Shown: positions 48,651 through 61,977 of the stretch, in pieces | Layout of the letters: each line of letters opens with the position of its first letter | How positions within the stretch are numbered: the stretch's first letter is position 1 | NCBI GenBank assembly: GCA_013265495.1 | Contig: MU057560.1 | Coordinates: forward strand, 2,232,909-2,296,908 | Length of the DNA: 64,000 nt | Direction: 5' to 3' | From: Vicugna vicugna | Lineage: Eukaryota | The notes under the pieces: generated by a model | The model's input: the letters and a program-made list of their open reading frames with translations, nothing else | Told to the model about the DNA's origin: nothing | Database searches by the model: none | Program-made: the position numbers and the translations under genes

Positions 48651-49835
48651 TTTGTGGCGTGTGGTGGTTATTAGCTGCTGGCGCTGGCACCTGCGGCAAA
48701 CCCTTTCCTCGGAGGGTTTTGCCAGCGCTGGAGGCGGTGCCTCCCACCCACGGGTGCCGAGAGCGGCCAGCTTCCCCGCCACGCTGCCCGCAGCCGGGGG
48801 CCTCCCGGCGGCTTTTACCTTGGCTTTTACCTCTGAGATCAGATTAAGGCAAAGGGACAGAGTGTGGGTCCTTGCTGCTAGCTAAAAGGGATTTCATTTT
48901 GCTCCTCTTTGGAGGGATGGAAAAGGACTTGAAAGCGAACACCACCACACCTCTGATTCTGGTGGCTGGTGACCAGCGTGCCGTCCAGGGTGGGGGGGTG
49001 GCGCCCTGGCCCCTCATCTCCCCCACCCCACAAGTCTGGGGTCTGTTTGCTCCTGGAGTCCCCCTGGGCTGTGGGTGCCAGCGGGCTCTGGATGGCCGGC
49101 AGTCACGGCTGGTGACACGCTGAACTCCACCACTGCTTCTACAATTGAAACAAAAGCCATTGGAAACAGGGAAGAAATTATGTTGCTCACATGCTGAGGT
49201 CATGTGTCAGTAGGCAGGTTCACCCCCACCGTTGCAGAAGCCATGATTGACAGACCTCGGCGTATACATGAGAGTAATGTGGACTCTGAGTTCGGAGCGC
49301 CGCTGGACTCTGGGAGGTCGCTGTGGAGGCCACCGAGCTCTGTCAGCGGAGGAAACGTGGCTCCGTCCAGTGAGGTCTCTGGGAAGGACCGTGCAGGGCA
49401 GCAGAGGTGGTGGGCATGGCTGTCAGGGTGAGCGGGGTGCTGCGCCGGCCCGAGGATGTCCCAGGGTGACCCCGGGGCCCTGCTGACTTTGTGCCCCCGC
49501 CTCCAAGCTGGTGCGCCAGGTGACTTGGAAACTTGCTAGGGACTTAATTTCAAGCGTGTCACAGTGAGCTGCTGTGGAATAAATATGCCGGCTGAGTCTA
49601 ACCTACGTGTCCGGAGCGTGTGGCTGTTGACCTCAATGTGCAGATGGACGAGGAACATGCAAAGCCGAATTTCCTTAGGGCGTCTTTGTGGGCAAAGACT
49701 GTGTCGTGCTCCTTGGGTGTATGTGGCCAACACAGGCCGGGCACAGATGGGTTTGCAATAGTGAGTGTTAGAGAGATGTGCTGGAGCCCCTGCACCGGGG
49801 AGTCAGAGCCTGAGCTCTAATCCTGGCTACACTGC

Positions 49836-50400
49836 TTTCTTTTTTTTAAACTTTTTTTTTTTAGATTGAAGTACAGGCAGTTACAATGTGTCCGTTTCTG
49901 GTGCACAGCACAGTGTCCTAGCCATGTGTATATAGGCATATATTCGTTTCCATAATCTTTTTCATGATAGGTTATTACAAGATAGTGAATATAGTTCCCT
50001 GTGCTGCACAGCAGAAATTTGTTTTTTAATCTATTTTTATATATAGTGATTATCATTTGCAAATCTCAAGCTCCCAAATTTATCCCTTCCCACCCCTTCT
50101 CCCCCCAGTAACCATAAGATTGTTTACTATGTCTGCGAGTCTGTTTCTATTTCGTAGATGAGTTCAGTGTCCTTTTTTTTTCCCCACATTTGAGTGATAT
50201 CATACGGTATTTTTCTCTGTCTGACTTACTTCACTTAGAATGAGGATCTGCAGGTCCATCCATGTTGCTGCAAATGGCATGATTTCATTCTTTTCTATGG
50301 CTGAGTAGTATTCCATTGTATAAATACATCACAGCTTCTTTGTCCAGTCATCCGTGGATGGACATTTAGGTTGTTTCCACGTCTTGGCTGTTGTATATAC
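49836..50400 (-). mobile_element. L1 3' end, 5'-truncated, with poly(A) and probable TSD
   Basis: Poly(T) at 49836-49862; flanks tacactgctttct (49828-49840) and tatactgctctct (50396-50408) match at 11/13. Confidence 0.9.
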
Positions 50401-51934
50401 TGCTCTCTCTCTGGAATAGTAACAATTCACACACCGTGAATTTACCATGGAAGAGAGGTGGGCTAAGGCAAAGCACCAGGCTGTTGTTATTTTTATTGTA
50501 ACAACAGGAAAAGGAGATGTCGAGGCTTAGACATCCCAGGTCCGCACTGAGACGTGCCCTGTTCAGACCAGCAGTCGGTGTGCGGGTTATCCATGAGGCT
50601 CTGCTTTATCCCGAGCATGGCCTCCATTTGTGAACGACTCTTCTTTCAGGCCGCACTGAACCGGGAAAAGCAAAGTAGAATGGAGGCAAACAACTGTCAT
50701 TTGTAAAACAACCCACACTGGAGCCAGCAGGCTGGTGGAACCCGGGGCGTCCGCCCACCCTGAGTGGTCCCCCAGGCAGGAGAGAGGGCGCCCCAGCCTC
50801 TGAGAGCCCTGGGGCCAGGCAGCCGGTCCTCCTGGGCTGGCGTCCTTGGGTACCCAGGGCGGGGGCAGTGCCTGCATTTCTGCTGGTTTTGGGAACTAAG
50901 CGAAATGATCATAGACAGATGCAGAGGCGCGTTAACGAAGGCCCTTCTCTCTTCATGGGGGCAAGTTTGACGTCTCCAAACCATTTGGACTATTTTAATA
51001 AGCTTGGCTAATGACGGCAGATAAACACAGAGACAGGAAAGCCCGACAGCCACAGCCCCAAACGGAACCAGCAGAGGCCTGATCTCAGAGCTTGGCTGCT
51101 CAGGGAGTCCCGGCCCGGAGGGCCTGCCTGGTTTGCAGAGGCCCCAGACTGAGTCTGAAGTGGGACTCAGGTACATTTGGCAGGTGCTCCGCTGGGGGTT
51201 TCGTGGGCTCTTTGGTTAAAGGACAGCGAGGGGAGGGTTTCCTTACTGCCGGGGCGTGGGAGGATGCCCGAGGGCCATCTAGCCAACGGTCCCTGGAGGC
51301 CGGGTGGATGCTGCCCAGTGAGAAGGGCTGACATGGAGGCTGGACCCCGGGCCACAGGAGGAGCTGTGTGGGGAGCAGCTGTGCCGGGAAAGCTTGCACT
51401 CGTGGTTGTGGTTTGCCGAGGACCAGCAGACGGGGTGCTGCCCGGCCTCCTGGTCTGCGGTGGTGATGGGGTGTCCTGCGGTCATGGGGAAGCCGGGACC
51501 CCACACCAGGGCTTCGGGGCTCGTGGGACTCTGTGAAAAGTTGGGCCAAGGGAGCCTGGAGATCCTTGCACCAGAATTCTCTTCTTTCAAGAAGTTTTTA
51601 CCAGATTAAAAAATGTAAAGTAACACACGCTCAGGGTGACGAGCCTAGCAGAGCAGGTGCGTGGAGGGATGAACCGCCACCCACCCTCACGCCCCTGCAG
51701 ACTGACAATGTTGGAGAGCACGGCCCCCTTTCTGACCCTCCTGGAAACACAGTTCACATTTAAACCCAAGTAACTCACGCAAAAACACAGTTCACCCACA
51801 AAAACACAGATGCAAATGTATTTTTTCTTAGAAAAATGGGATGTGATTAATACATTATACTCCAGGTTTTCCCTTTGTAATTTGGGAGGTATTGTATCCA
51901 GGAGGTTTGCAGGGAACTACAGAGCTAGGATTTT

Positions 51935-52320
51935 GGTCTCGGTTGCTGTGTTTTTGGTTAGAGGACCACAAACTGAGTGGCCTCCACGACAGGGGTGTGC
52001 TCCTCCTGGTCCCAGAGCCAGACGTCCCAGCGCAGGGGGTCAGGGCCCCGCCCCGAAGCCCTGGTGCAGGCCTGTCCCCCAGCTCCTGGTGCTCCCTCGG
52101 CAGGGGAAGCATCACTCGGAATGTCATATGGCGTTCCCTGTGTGTGTCTGTGTCCGCGTCTCCCCCTTTTATAAGGACACCCATCCTATGGGATTAGGGG
52201 TCACCCTCCTACTATGGAACCTCAACCAGTTACATCTGCAAAGACCCTCTTTCGAAGTAAGGTCACCTTCTGACCTCCTGGGGTTAGGACATCGCCAGAT
52301 GAGTTTTCAGGGGCACAACA
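51935..52320 (-). mobile_element. MLT1 (MaLR) LTR
   Basis: accacaaactgagtggc..ttttataaggacacc..ggattagggg..ttacatctgcaaagaccct..aaggtcac. Confidence 0.85.
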
Positions 52321-52458
52321 GTTGCTGAATGTCCCTTCCTGGTGAGTGTGGCAGCAACTGTAGGTCCTGCCCCCACCACTGTCCCCACTCCCGGCTAAGG
52401 GCCTCTCCTGGCTCGTTCGCTCTGGACACTGGGTCCTCCCCAGCCTGGGGTGTGTAGC

Positions 52459-52619
52459 CTGACCACTGGGAGACGGGGTGGGGGTGCTGTGTCCAGGCAC
52501 TGGGACTGATTCGGGGCGGGCCTGGGACACAGCTCTGACCACTGGGAGACGGGGTGGGAGTGCTGTGTCCAGGCACTGGACTGGTTCGGGGTAGGCCTGG
52601 GACACAGCTCTGACCACTG
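52459..52619. repeat. Minisatellite, 75-76 bp unit, about 2.1 copies
   Basis: ctgaccactg recurs at 52459, 52535 and 52610. Confidence 0.9.
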
Positions 52620-53562
52620 AAGTGTGCTGTCCCGAGTTCTGGCCTCTGGGCTCTGCTTAGGGCGGCCGGGCTCCCTGTCACTCCAGCCTCCTTGTTGCCA
52701 CGAGCAGAGGAGCCCACGGAGGAGGACGAGTTTGCGGGGGCGTCGGGGTTCAGTGGCACAGCCCTCCGGCCCCCAGCGCTGCCGCCTCCTGTGCGGGGCG
52801 GAAGCGCGGTTCTGCTTCTACCTCTGCGCTGCCTTGGGCGGCCTGGACTTCCCTAGCCTGAAACACACTAACTGAGTTAGCGCGGGAGCAGTGCTTGCTC
52901 GGCACTCAGGGTGCTTTCCGCTTTTTCGCTTGGTGTTACACACACGTCTGTGTATCTGTTCAGATACAGACACGCGCATCTGTGTCTGCGTGTGGACAGC
53001 CCCTTCTCGGGGGCGCCCCCAGGCGAGACGCTGCGTCCCAGGGCGCCTGCCAGGCTGAGCGGGACGGGTGCTGTGGGACCGCGTCCCCAGGTCATGCTCT
53101 GGGCGGCACACCTGACTGTGTCTGTCTGCCCGCATCTGCACCAGCGCTGCAATTGTTCACGCTGTAAGACGGTTCGGTTCACCTGATGGGAAGCAGGTTC
53201 GTGCCCTCCTTCTCGCCTGCTGGGGAAGGCGAGCGTCTCTCCTCAGGCGCACGTGGAGGGGCTGCGCGTCCTCCTTCCTGGACCGACTGTTCAGACCTCT
53301 GCCTGTATTTCTTAGGTGAAATCCACTCTTAATCCTTTTCCCACTTTTCCACTGGCACAGCCGTGTCTTAAGATACACGTTTGTATAAAAGAGAGAAATC
53401 ACTATTCAAGTAGAAACTTCCTCTTCAGCAAAGTTTGGAATTTCCTCGTCGCGTGAACTGAATGAAGTCCTGTATGACCCGCTGTGGGTTGGAGCTATGT
53501 TGCTATTTAATAAAATCAAAATTAAAATGTTGACTTCCGTTCATTCTACTTTGTTTCCTTAG

Positions 53563-53617
53563 TAAACATATGGATACTGGAAAGGGCAGGGAACACTTTT
53601 AAGATACTTTGTTTCAG
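53563..53617 (+). other. Candidate exon E
   Basis: Branch-like ttgac at 53530, tract ttccgttcattctactttgtttccttag, donor CAG|GTAACA. Confidence 0.3.
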
Positions 53618-53761
53618 GTAACAGTATTTTGCGTTGTAAACATGGCTGCAGGGTTTCTCGGCTGCAAACACTTTCTTGCAGCGGGAACTTCCTTTCGGTT
53701 CATGCCCATAATGAGATTTCTCCAAACTGACACCCCTTCTGAATCTTCACGCTTTTTTAAG

Positions 53762-54068
53762 GGAATACCTGCTCAGAGACGTTAAAGTGACAACAGTGAA
53801 ACAAGTCCAATCAATCACTTGTGACGGATCTGAAGGAAGCCTTGCCCGCACGGCTGGCACTGGTCTGTCTGCCTGGCCTGTGCGGCGCTGCCCACACGCC
53901 GCCTGGCCGGCCCGGCTCGGTCACCTGGAGCCCAAGAGCCAGCCTGCTGTGCTGGCTCTTTGGCTGGCTTTTCATTTTTTGGAGGAAAATAAATCAGAGT
54001 GTTCTTCTTGGCAGGCGAGGCCATTCCCACATCTCCTTCTCCATATGCAGAAAGAAAAGGATTGTTAA
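53762..54068 (+). other. Candidate last coding exon F (to stop)
   Basis: Branch-like ctgac at 53727, acceptor cttcacgcttttttaag; frame continues into track ORF 53787..54068. Confidence 0.2.
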
Positions 54069-55429
54069 GTCCTTTGGGAACCGAGTTCCTTTTGTCATTC
54101 TTTCCTTCCCGAGTGCACCTTGTGCTCTGACAGAAAATTGCTCATTAGTCCCCACGGAATGACCAGTTTCCCAATGCAGTCACTCACGTGGACTAGAGCC
54201 ACAGAACGTGTCTCAAGACCCAGGCTCCCATTAATTGCTTGCTGTGGCTTTTATGAGGCCACGTCTCCCCACCAAGGGCCACCGGTCCCTGCTGATCGTT
54301 GGCCCCAGTCTGTTCTGCGTTGTCACCCTGTCAGGAACCGTGCCTTCGAAGCACGATGAAGCGGAGGCAGAATCTGGGGGGCACAAAGTGGCCACGACCT
54401 GGTCACGCAGGAGTGGCATGGAGTGCCGGGTTGGCAAGGCGGGTGGAAAGGCAGGCAGTTGGGGAACAGGGTGCGTATCTGCCTGTGTTAACCCTTTGAA
54501 TGTTGGAGAGGCAAGTGGAGAAGGGGTGGTGGGGACTCAAAGGTATGAAAAGGGCTGGAATTCGTCTGAGAATAAGTGAAGACCAGGGCTGGGCTGAGGC
54601 AAGAACAAGGTCACTTGGGGTGGACTTTGGGGCCCGGGGACGCACCCCTCTTCCCCACTGGCCGTGATCTGGGCGTGGTCTCAGGGAAGCAGGCGGCCCC
54701 AGAGGGAAGCTGACGACGTGCCTATTTCTGGGAAATGGATTAAGGCGCAGTGTCGAGTGACACGGTCGGCCTAAGCCATCACAGTGTGAGGAATGCTCTT
54801 AGCACCTGCTTTCTGGGAAAGCCAGCGTTTCCTAGCCCAGGGCTCTGGCTCCAGCGGAATGGATTACAGGTTCAAGCTCAGGAAGCCGGACATAAACGTC
54901 TATTTCTGTTACACACAGAGCCCTGGGTACATTATTCCTGCGTTCTGGATGCATTGCCTTTCCTGTAAATACGGACACACTTACCTGCAAAAATATTTAC
55001 AGAAATAAAATAAAAATATTGTGGAAAATATTTCCTGTAAATAAGAAACTAATATCCACCTTGCAGGGTCGTCGTCAAATTAAACAGCACAATACGTAGG
55101 AAAGCACTCTGTACATCGACAGGGCGTGAGCCGGCGTGAGGGACCCGCGTGTCCGGCCCCGCCCGCGGCACAGGCACAGGAGCAGTGTGCCCCGCTCTGT
55201 CTCTCTCTTCCCAAACTGACGGTGTCGTAAAAACAACGCGTGCGGGCGCCTGAAAGGTCAAACAGCAGCATGAGAATAACAGCCTGGTCCCCAGGCTCTC
55301 GCGCAGCTCTGCTCCCCGGAGTAGGCAGCCTCGCCTTGGTGACTTCCCGGTCCCCCTGGGTGACGCGGTCGTGCGGCCGGAGTTCGTCCATCAGTCTTCG
55401 CCCTTGTTTACCGACCTCTGTGTCTTCCA

Positions 55430-56830
55430 CGTGAGGACTTAGGTCTGGCTTACCTCCCTCCCTGCTCCCTCCCTTCCAATATTATCATGTCACCATTTTT
55501 AGTTAAGTGGGTAATCAGTGTTTATATCATTAAACTGTGTAAATACTGTTCTTTGCAGAACCAAGACGTGCACTATGATTACAGCCTGTTTTTTTTTAAA
55601 TCTTGAGTTAATGCGCCATTTTTTCTGCTTGCAGTCTTTCAGATGCACATCCTTATTTTTCCCAGATGCTTCATCATATAGTCTACCGTGTTATTTACCT
55701 GTGTAGGTGTTGCTCCCTGGGAACCAAGTCGTTACCATGGTTATACGCTTTCTGTCGTCCACTTCTGTCTTTCCTCGCTTCAGCAACGGCGCTCCTTCCC
55801 CCTTGGCGGGTCTTCTGGACAGATACCCCTGTTCTTGAGAAGGAAAGCCAGCCTTGTAAAGCCCCTAAGGAGCCCTCTGGCCGGAGCGTGTGTCTCCGGT
55901 CTGCTTCCTGCGTCCGCGGGCTGCTCCCCGCGCGCCCCAGGCTGGCTCTGTTTCCTGCAGCTCCTTCGTGATTTATTCCCTTGTCTTGTGGGATCACACT
56001 CTCCAGCGGCTGCCGGAGGAGGGGTGCCCCGAAGGTCAGCCTTTTCCCTCCCTGCCTCCCGGAGAGCTGTGGCTAGCGGGCACGCTGGGCTGGGAGCTGG
56101 GGCAGGTAGAACATTCCTTTAGAATTTCTAACGAAGCACTTGCCTTTAAAAATATGGGCTATTTTTGAATTTTTAATCCAGAATCGTTGTTAAGAAATCC
56201 CATCTCATTCTGAGTCTCATCTTTTGGGGAGTATGATAAAAATGAGATGAGAAACGAGGGCCCCAGTTTTTCTGGAATTCTTGAGTTTGTTACCATTTTT
56301 CACTTCTGCTGCTCTGATACTTAATTAATTAATTACCCCTTAATTGTTTCCATTACAGACTCTCCAGTCCTTGTGCTGGGCACTCAGCCGGACCCTCCCA
56401 GCTTGTGATTTGTATTTTTTCCAGTGTGTGAATTTTTCTTCAGCTGCTTTTTCCACAGTAGCCTCCCCTTGGTTTCTCTGCCACCGTCTCTGGAAGTCTC
56501 CCCGCTCTGTATCAGAGCCCCTCAGTTAACTGCGTACGTTCTAGTGTGTTCTCCCATAGTTTCATCTTCTTGCCTTACTTCCTGAGAGATTTCTTCGATT
56601 TTCCCTTTCAACTATTTATTAGGTTTTCAAATTTTGCTGTCGTTTTTTTAAATTTCTAAGATTTTTTTCTGTCCTCGTGGTCCTAGCCTTGTTTTACGTA
56701 TGAAACACCGAGTTGTGACGCTGACAATATTAGCTGAGGCGTTTTTGAGGCCTTCTTCTGTTCTCTGCGTGGTGTCTCCTTCTTTACGCTTTTCATTTTT
56801 TGTCTTTTGTGTTAGAGACCTTTCTTCACG
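55430..56830 (-). mobile_element. Highly degraded L1 fragments
   Basis: T-rich with antisense L1-like phrases; boundaries approximate. Confidence 0.45.
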
Positions 56831-58384
56831 TGCAGCATGCTGTCTGTCTGTCTGTCATCTCCTCTATCCATCAGCTATGTATCTGTCATGTGTGTCTGTA
56901 TGTAGCACTTATGCATCTACATCTGTCTGTCTGTCTATCCATCCATCCAGCTCTCCACCTACCGACGTCCCGGGAGCTCTGTGTGTGCAGGGGGGACGTG
57001 TTCATCCCTGGTAGAGACACTGCTCGTGGGCGGGTCACCTCATCAGGCGAATACGCCACATGAGGAGTGGTGATTTTCTTTCCCCCCGAGCCCACCGCCC
57101 TTCTTCAGGGGGACTGTGTGATGCTCTACCCGGGAGTGAGATGGGCAAGGTCCGGGGGTCCAGCTCCTCTCCATGTCAGCTCTGCACACCGCTCCCCACC
57201 TTGTACGTACTCCGCCCAGTTTTGGCCACACGTCTCCCACTGAAATTCTTTAGAGAGTGCGGACCTGGGCTGCTCGCCAGTGGACAATGTCAGACTGCTT
57301 CCCCGGGATAAGGCAGTGGGTTTGGATTTCTGGCCGAGCCCCCATTGTCACCTGGTTTGCTGCGTGGTGTCCTCTATGAGTCTCGAGCCTCCCGGGGCAT
57401 CTGCGGGGAGAGCAGGGCCCCGCTGGTGTTGTCCGCAGGCCCCTCCCTGCCTGGCTGCTCCCCGGGGCCGACCCTCGGTTCACGCTGCTGCCCGTGAAGC
57501 GTCACTGAAATGGCTCGTCTGCTGATACCACCCTTTCCCGCTCGCCTCTGAGGATTTATAGCTCTTTATTCCTTTGACCTTTTGGAGGTGAGGTCACAGG
57601 AGGAGAAGATATAAATTTATGCTCTGAGCACTTTACATTTAACAGAAGCCCCAAAGACTTCTCTTTGCAGACAGGTTGCTGGATGATGGGGTTCAGTTGA
57701 AGGAGCTTATGGGAAATTGAGGGCGGGACACCCTCAGGTTGGAGGCCTGCAGACTTACGCCTTTATCTCCGATGCAAAAGTAAATCCCATCCCTGATCGG
57801 ATACCAGTGCATTAGCCCTGGCCCACAGGTTCAGGCAAGGAGACGCCAGCTCCCCGCAGGAGAAAGCAGGTCAGGGTTAAGAACCGGAAGGACCTCTCGG
57901 GCGGGTTGAGTTGACCCACAGAGGGGACCTGTGCCCCCCGCCCTGCTCTGACTCCCTCTGCCCGCAGTGGAGGTGAGGCTGCGGGGGCTGGCAAACGGGA
58001 GTGAAGAGAGCTGGGGAAACAGTGTGCACACTTGAGTGTAAAAGTCGGCTTCCTAGAAGAATGACTCCGAGCGCATGGAAGTGCAGGCTGGGCGCAGGCT
58101 GTGGTTAGCGGGCTGCGGGCGAGAAGCGGGGCTGCCGGGCCGCAGGTGGGCCTCAGGCTCTTTCTTCCCTTTCCTCCCTCCCTTCCTCCCTCCTTTCTTT
58201 CTAAATTGGTCATTATTTTTGTTTCAAAAGCAATAGGACCACAATACAGAAACACATGAAAGACGGAGGAGAGAAGAAACCCTCAGTCTGTGCTCCTTGT
58301 CCTGGCACACCCAGGGCACCTACCCAGAGCCGTCCAAGTGTGTCCCCGCCTCGGTGGTCCCCGCGGCTGTCCCCTGCCTGGGCA

Positions 58385-58530
58385 CCCTGAGCCTGTGGCC
58401 CTGCTGGGGCCAGGGGAACACCCTGAGCCTGCGGCCCTGCTGGGGTGGGGCGGTGCCCTGAGCCTGCGGCCCTGCTGGGGCCGGGGGGACGCCCTGAGCC
58501 TGCGGCCCTGCTGGGGCCAGGGAGACGCCC
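58385..58530. repeat. Minisatellite, 35-36 bp unit x4
   Basis: ccctgagcctgYggccctgctgggg at 58385, 58421, 58456 and 58492. Confidence 0.95.
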
Positions 58531-60479
58531 GCAGGGCTGGGTCAGCACACTTCTTCGTTCTCCCATGTGATGTGGGTGGAGGGGTGCCTGGCTCCCTGGT
58601 GTTTTGCCCCAGAGGGTTCTGAGGAATGGATGTGCCCAGAGTCAAATGGGAAAGAATTTGAGGGGATGGCGAGTGGGAAGGTAACTGGAAATGCGTCTGA
58701 TACGGGGAGGAGCCTTCCATTGGAATTAAGGTCCTCCAAGTGAACGTCGGACCAACTTGCCTTCGAAGAAACAGGGATGGGCTTGGGTAGTGGAAGGCCT
58801 TCCAAGTCATCCTCTCCGGAGGGCCCAGCCCTCGTCACCACTGGTGAGTCCTTGCTCGCGCACACTGTCTCAGGTGGTGGAGAGGTTCTGATGTGCTGGA
58901 GGTCCCGCTGAAGTCTGATTAGACGGATGCATGTTCAGGAACCCCCTCTAATGTCCAAGTGCTGGCATCGCCCCAGTTCGGAGCTTAGGCAGGTTTTCCT
59001 GCAGTTAGCGTGGCTAACTCACCATGGGGACTGGTCACGGCCGTCAGGGCCTGAGCGGCCCCTCCTCTTCTGGAGGAGCAGAGGGCAGCCTGCCCGGCTC
59101 CCCGGGTCTGGTCGGGTGCACGGTTACTCAGTCTTTTTATCAAGCGCTTGGCCTGCAAAGCTCAGGCAGGTGCCATGAATTGAGAGATTTCGAGGCTGGA
59201 ACAGTTTGGGAAGGAACAAAACAGGATGCGGCCGTCTCGTAGGGACATTGCTTGAAGAAAAGGCACCTCTTGGACCCAGGAGGCAGGGACTCAGAGCCGC
59301 AGATCGGTGCAGCTGGGAGTTTGTGCTGCCTGGCATCTCAGCCACGTGGCTGGAGTGCCGGGACCCCGCTGCCCCTCCATGCTGCCCCCCTCCCCCAACC
59401 CCACCGCCGTGTCTTCATCCTCACCACCCACTCTGTTGGCCGGAGGATGGAGCCAGCCCCTGAACGGTGTGCTAGGCCAGACCTCTGCTCCCACTATGCT
59501 GCCCCCTACTGTCCTGGAGGACCTTTCCGTGGGGACCGTCCTCTCCTGTCACGTGGGCGTCGCCGCTACGGCAGAGGACAGGGCTGGGGCACAGGAGGCA
59601 CAGAAGATGCCTCGTACGTCTTCACCTTGTGTTGGTTGTGCTCTGGTCCTGTCTACTCCCGACTAATGCAAAACCAGGTGTGGCCAACGCCGGACACACA
59701 CGCGTGGTGGGAGCGACCTCTCTTTGTCCCAGCAGCTACCTGAACTGTCCTTCCAAACACAAAGGGAAGTTTTAAGGAGCTCCTTAGTGAAAGATTTGGC
59801 CAAGAGTCCAAGTAAGGATCTTGGCAGACCCTCTGCCAGCAAAGCGACAATTATTAGGTGAAAATGATCAAAAACAATTTAAGTCTCTGGGAATTGCCCT
59901 GAGGGCCTGGAGCAAATGAAGAAACATTGGTTCAAGGAAAACCAGTCAATCTCAGTGAGAACCGTGAGGGTCAAGGCATTTGAGCCACGAGCTGTGCCCC
60001 CGCTCCGCCCCCAGGGCTCAGCTGTGTCCCCGGCGGGGCAGGGATGGGCCGTCACTCCCCAGCTTCACATCTGGGAGGAGCAGCCTGCCAGCCTTGTCTC
60101 CCCAGCCCCGTGTGTCAGAAGCTCTATTAAGCGTGGTTTAAGCATGGCTTCCATTTTCACTGGATCACAAAGAATAGGACTGTCCAGAAGCACGGTCTGA
60201 TATGATGCAAATGAGAATAAGCGTTGACCGCATTTCAGATGGAACGCTGGGCACTTCACAGGACGTCGCAGACGAGGTTAGGAGTCACTTACTGGTGGTA
60301 TTTGGTGAAAGAAGCAGAAAGGGCTGGGGCGCGGTTTGCAGAGGAGTCTGACAGCCTGTATTTACCCACTGGACGTACATGCACATCTTCCCGAGCATTC
60401 ATTTAGCTGGCAGTCTGGGAAATGTCAGCGTTCTAATTAACTCCAGCCAGGGGAGGCCGGGCTGCAATTTGAAATCCCT

Positions 60480-60680
60480 TTGACTGATGCGGCAGCAATC
60501 AGGGCCGGCTCCCTCTCGCGCAGAAGCGGAGGGGGCCGCGGGGAGGCGCCGAGGGCTTCCTCCCGCTGCCGCTGCCGGATTCCGTCCACGTCCTCAGCCG
60601 GATGCCGGGCGAGAAGCGAGGCGCCGTTTTATCGCAGCCTTCTCCGTGCTCCCGGGCAGGGAAGCTGTTACTTCCGTTAG
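60480..60680. promoter_or_regulatory. Small CpG-island-like patch
   Basis: Dense CpG in unique sequence, flanked by AT-rich non-repeat DNA. Confidence 0.5.
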
Positions 60681-61977
60681 AATAAAAAGGAATCGCACGT
60701 TCTTCTCTGGATTCATAGGTTCTGCTGTCTTAGGGGGTCTGAGGATCTGAAAGCTGTTACGCTAAATCCGACTGATTTTTCTCATACTTACAAAATATGT
60801 TGACAGGAGCATCTTTATTTATATCTACCTTAAAAATAAACCGATAAATGCGATGTCCAAAGTCTCCTGATTAAAATGACAGGAATCAGGCTGCACCCCA
60901 GATTTCTAGTCCCCTTATACAGGTGTGGATACACTGGAGAAAATTCTCCCCTGGGGAACTGAACTCAGCAAGTCCGAGTTCCTTCGGTACCTAGTCTGTG
61001 CCGGGAGCTATGACGATGTTGGGGAGCTGCCTGACTGATTGCCTGGGGCCTGCAGGGGTCGTGAGACGCGCAGGTAGAGACACCAGCGCAGCCAGGGCGC
61101 GAGGGCTCTGGCACCAAGGGCGGTGTGGCCGGGAGACGCAACAGCGTAGGGAAGCCGGGCCCCTCCGACTGGGAGCCCGGAGAACCCAAGCGGGGAGACC
61201 CCTGCACGGGGCTCGGATGCACGAAAGCACTTCCATGAGGGAAGAGGCGAGGTGAGGGGCTCACAGGTGGAGAAAGTCTTGGCCGAAAGGGCCCGCGTGG
61301 TGTGTCTGGGGGGCAGCCGTGTGGCCCATGTGCTGAAGGTGGCCCTGCGCAGGGGTGCGGTGGGGAGGGGGCTGCGGAAGTAAACAGAGTCCACCTGCAC
61401 CTGCCTGGAAAGCTGTGGCTTTGGAACTTGATCTCAGTTTTTGCGGGTGGTGGTAGGAGACCGTTGGGCGGTTCAGTGGAACTGGCCTGTGTGACACGAA
61501 CAGGCAGACGACCCTGACCCGCTGCAGAGCCGGAGCAGCCGGAGGCAGGAGGCGCAGTCAGGAGGGAGCCGCAGCGGCCCTGGTGAGCGCTTGGGGGAGT
61601 GGCGACGCTGCCGCTGTCCCTACCTCCCCAGGCCGGGGCGGGGAGCTGCCCATTTGGGCAGAGACGGGGCAAGAGGCGGTTCTCGGACAGCCCAGTCTTA
61701 CGATGGAGACTGGCCCGCCCTCCAAGCTCCTGAACTCAGAGACAAAGACACTAGAAAGCGGAGCTCCAGTTCACGGGGAGTAGGACAGCACTCACGAGGA
61801 CCATGACAGGAGCAGTTCCGGTTCTGAAAACAAGCGACGTGCTTGGCGGCCCCCCAGAAGCGGGAGTTTCCCCTCACGGTCCTCTCGGGGTCTGGACAGC
61901 GGCCTCCTGAGACGGGCGTCTTCAGGGCCACCCGCTTTTGTAACTTGCTGAAATGCGCAGCAGACAGTGACCTCGTT

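Noticed and set aside
54960..55045. Imperfect inverted repeat (atttacagaaata / tatttcctgtaaat) as a terminator or miRNA hairpin
   Set aside because: Short, AT-rich, low complexity and adjoining a MIR-like remnant; too weak to support.
58385..58530. CRISPR-like repeat-spacer array
   Set aside because: Linkers are only 10-11 bp and related to each other, there are no cas genes, and the context is eukaryotic.
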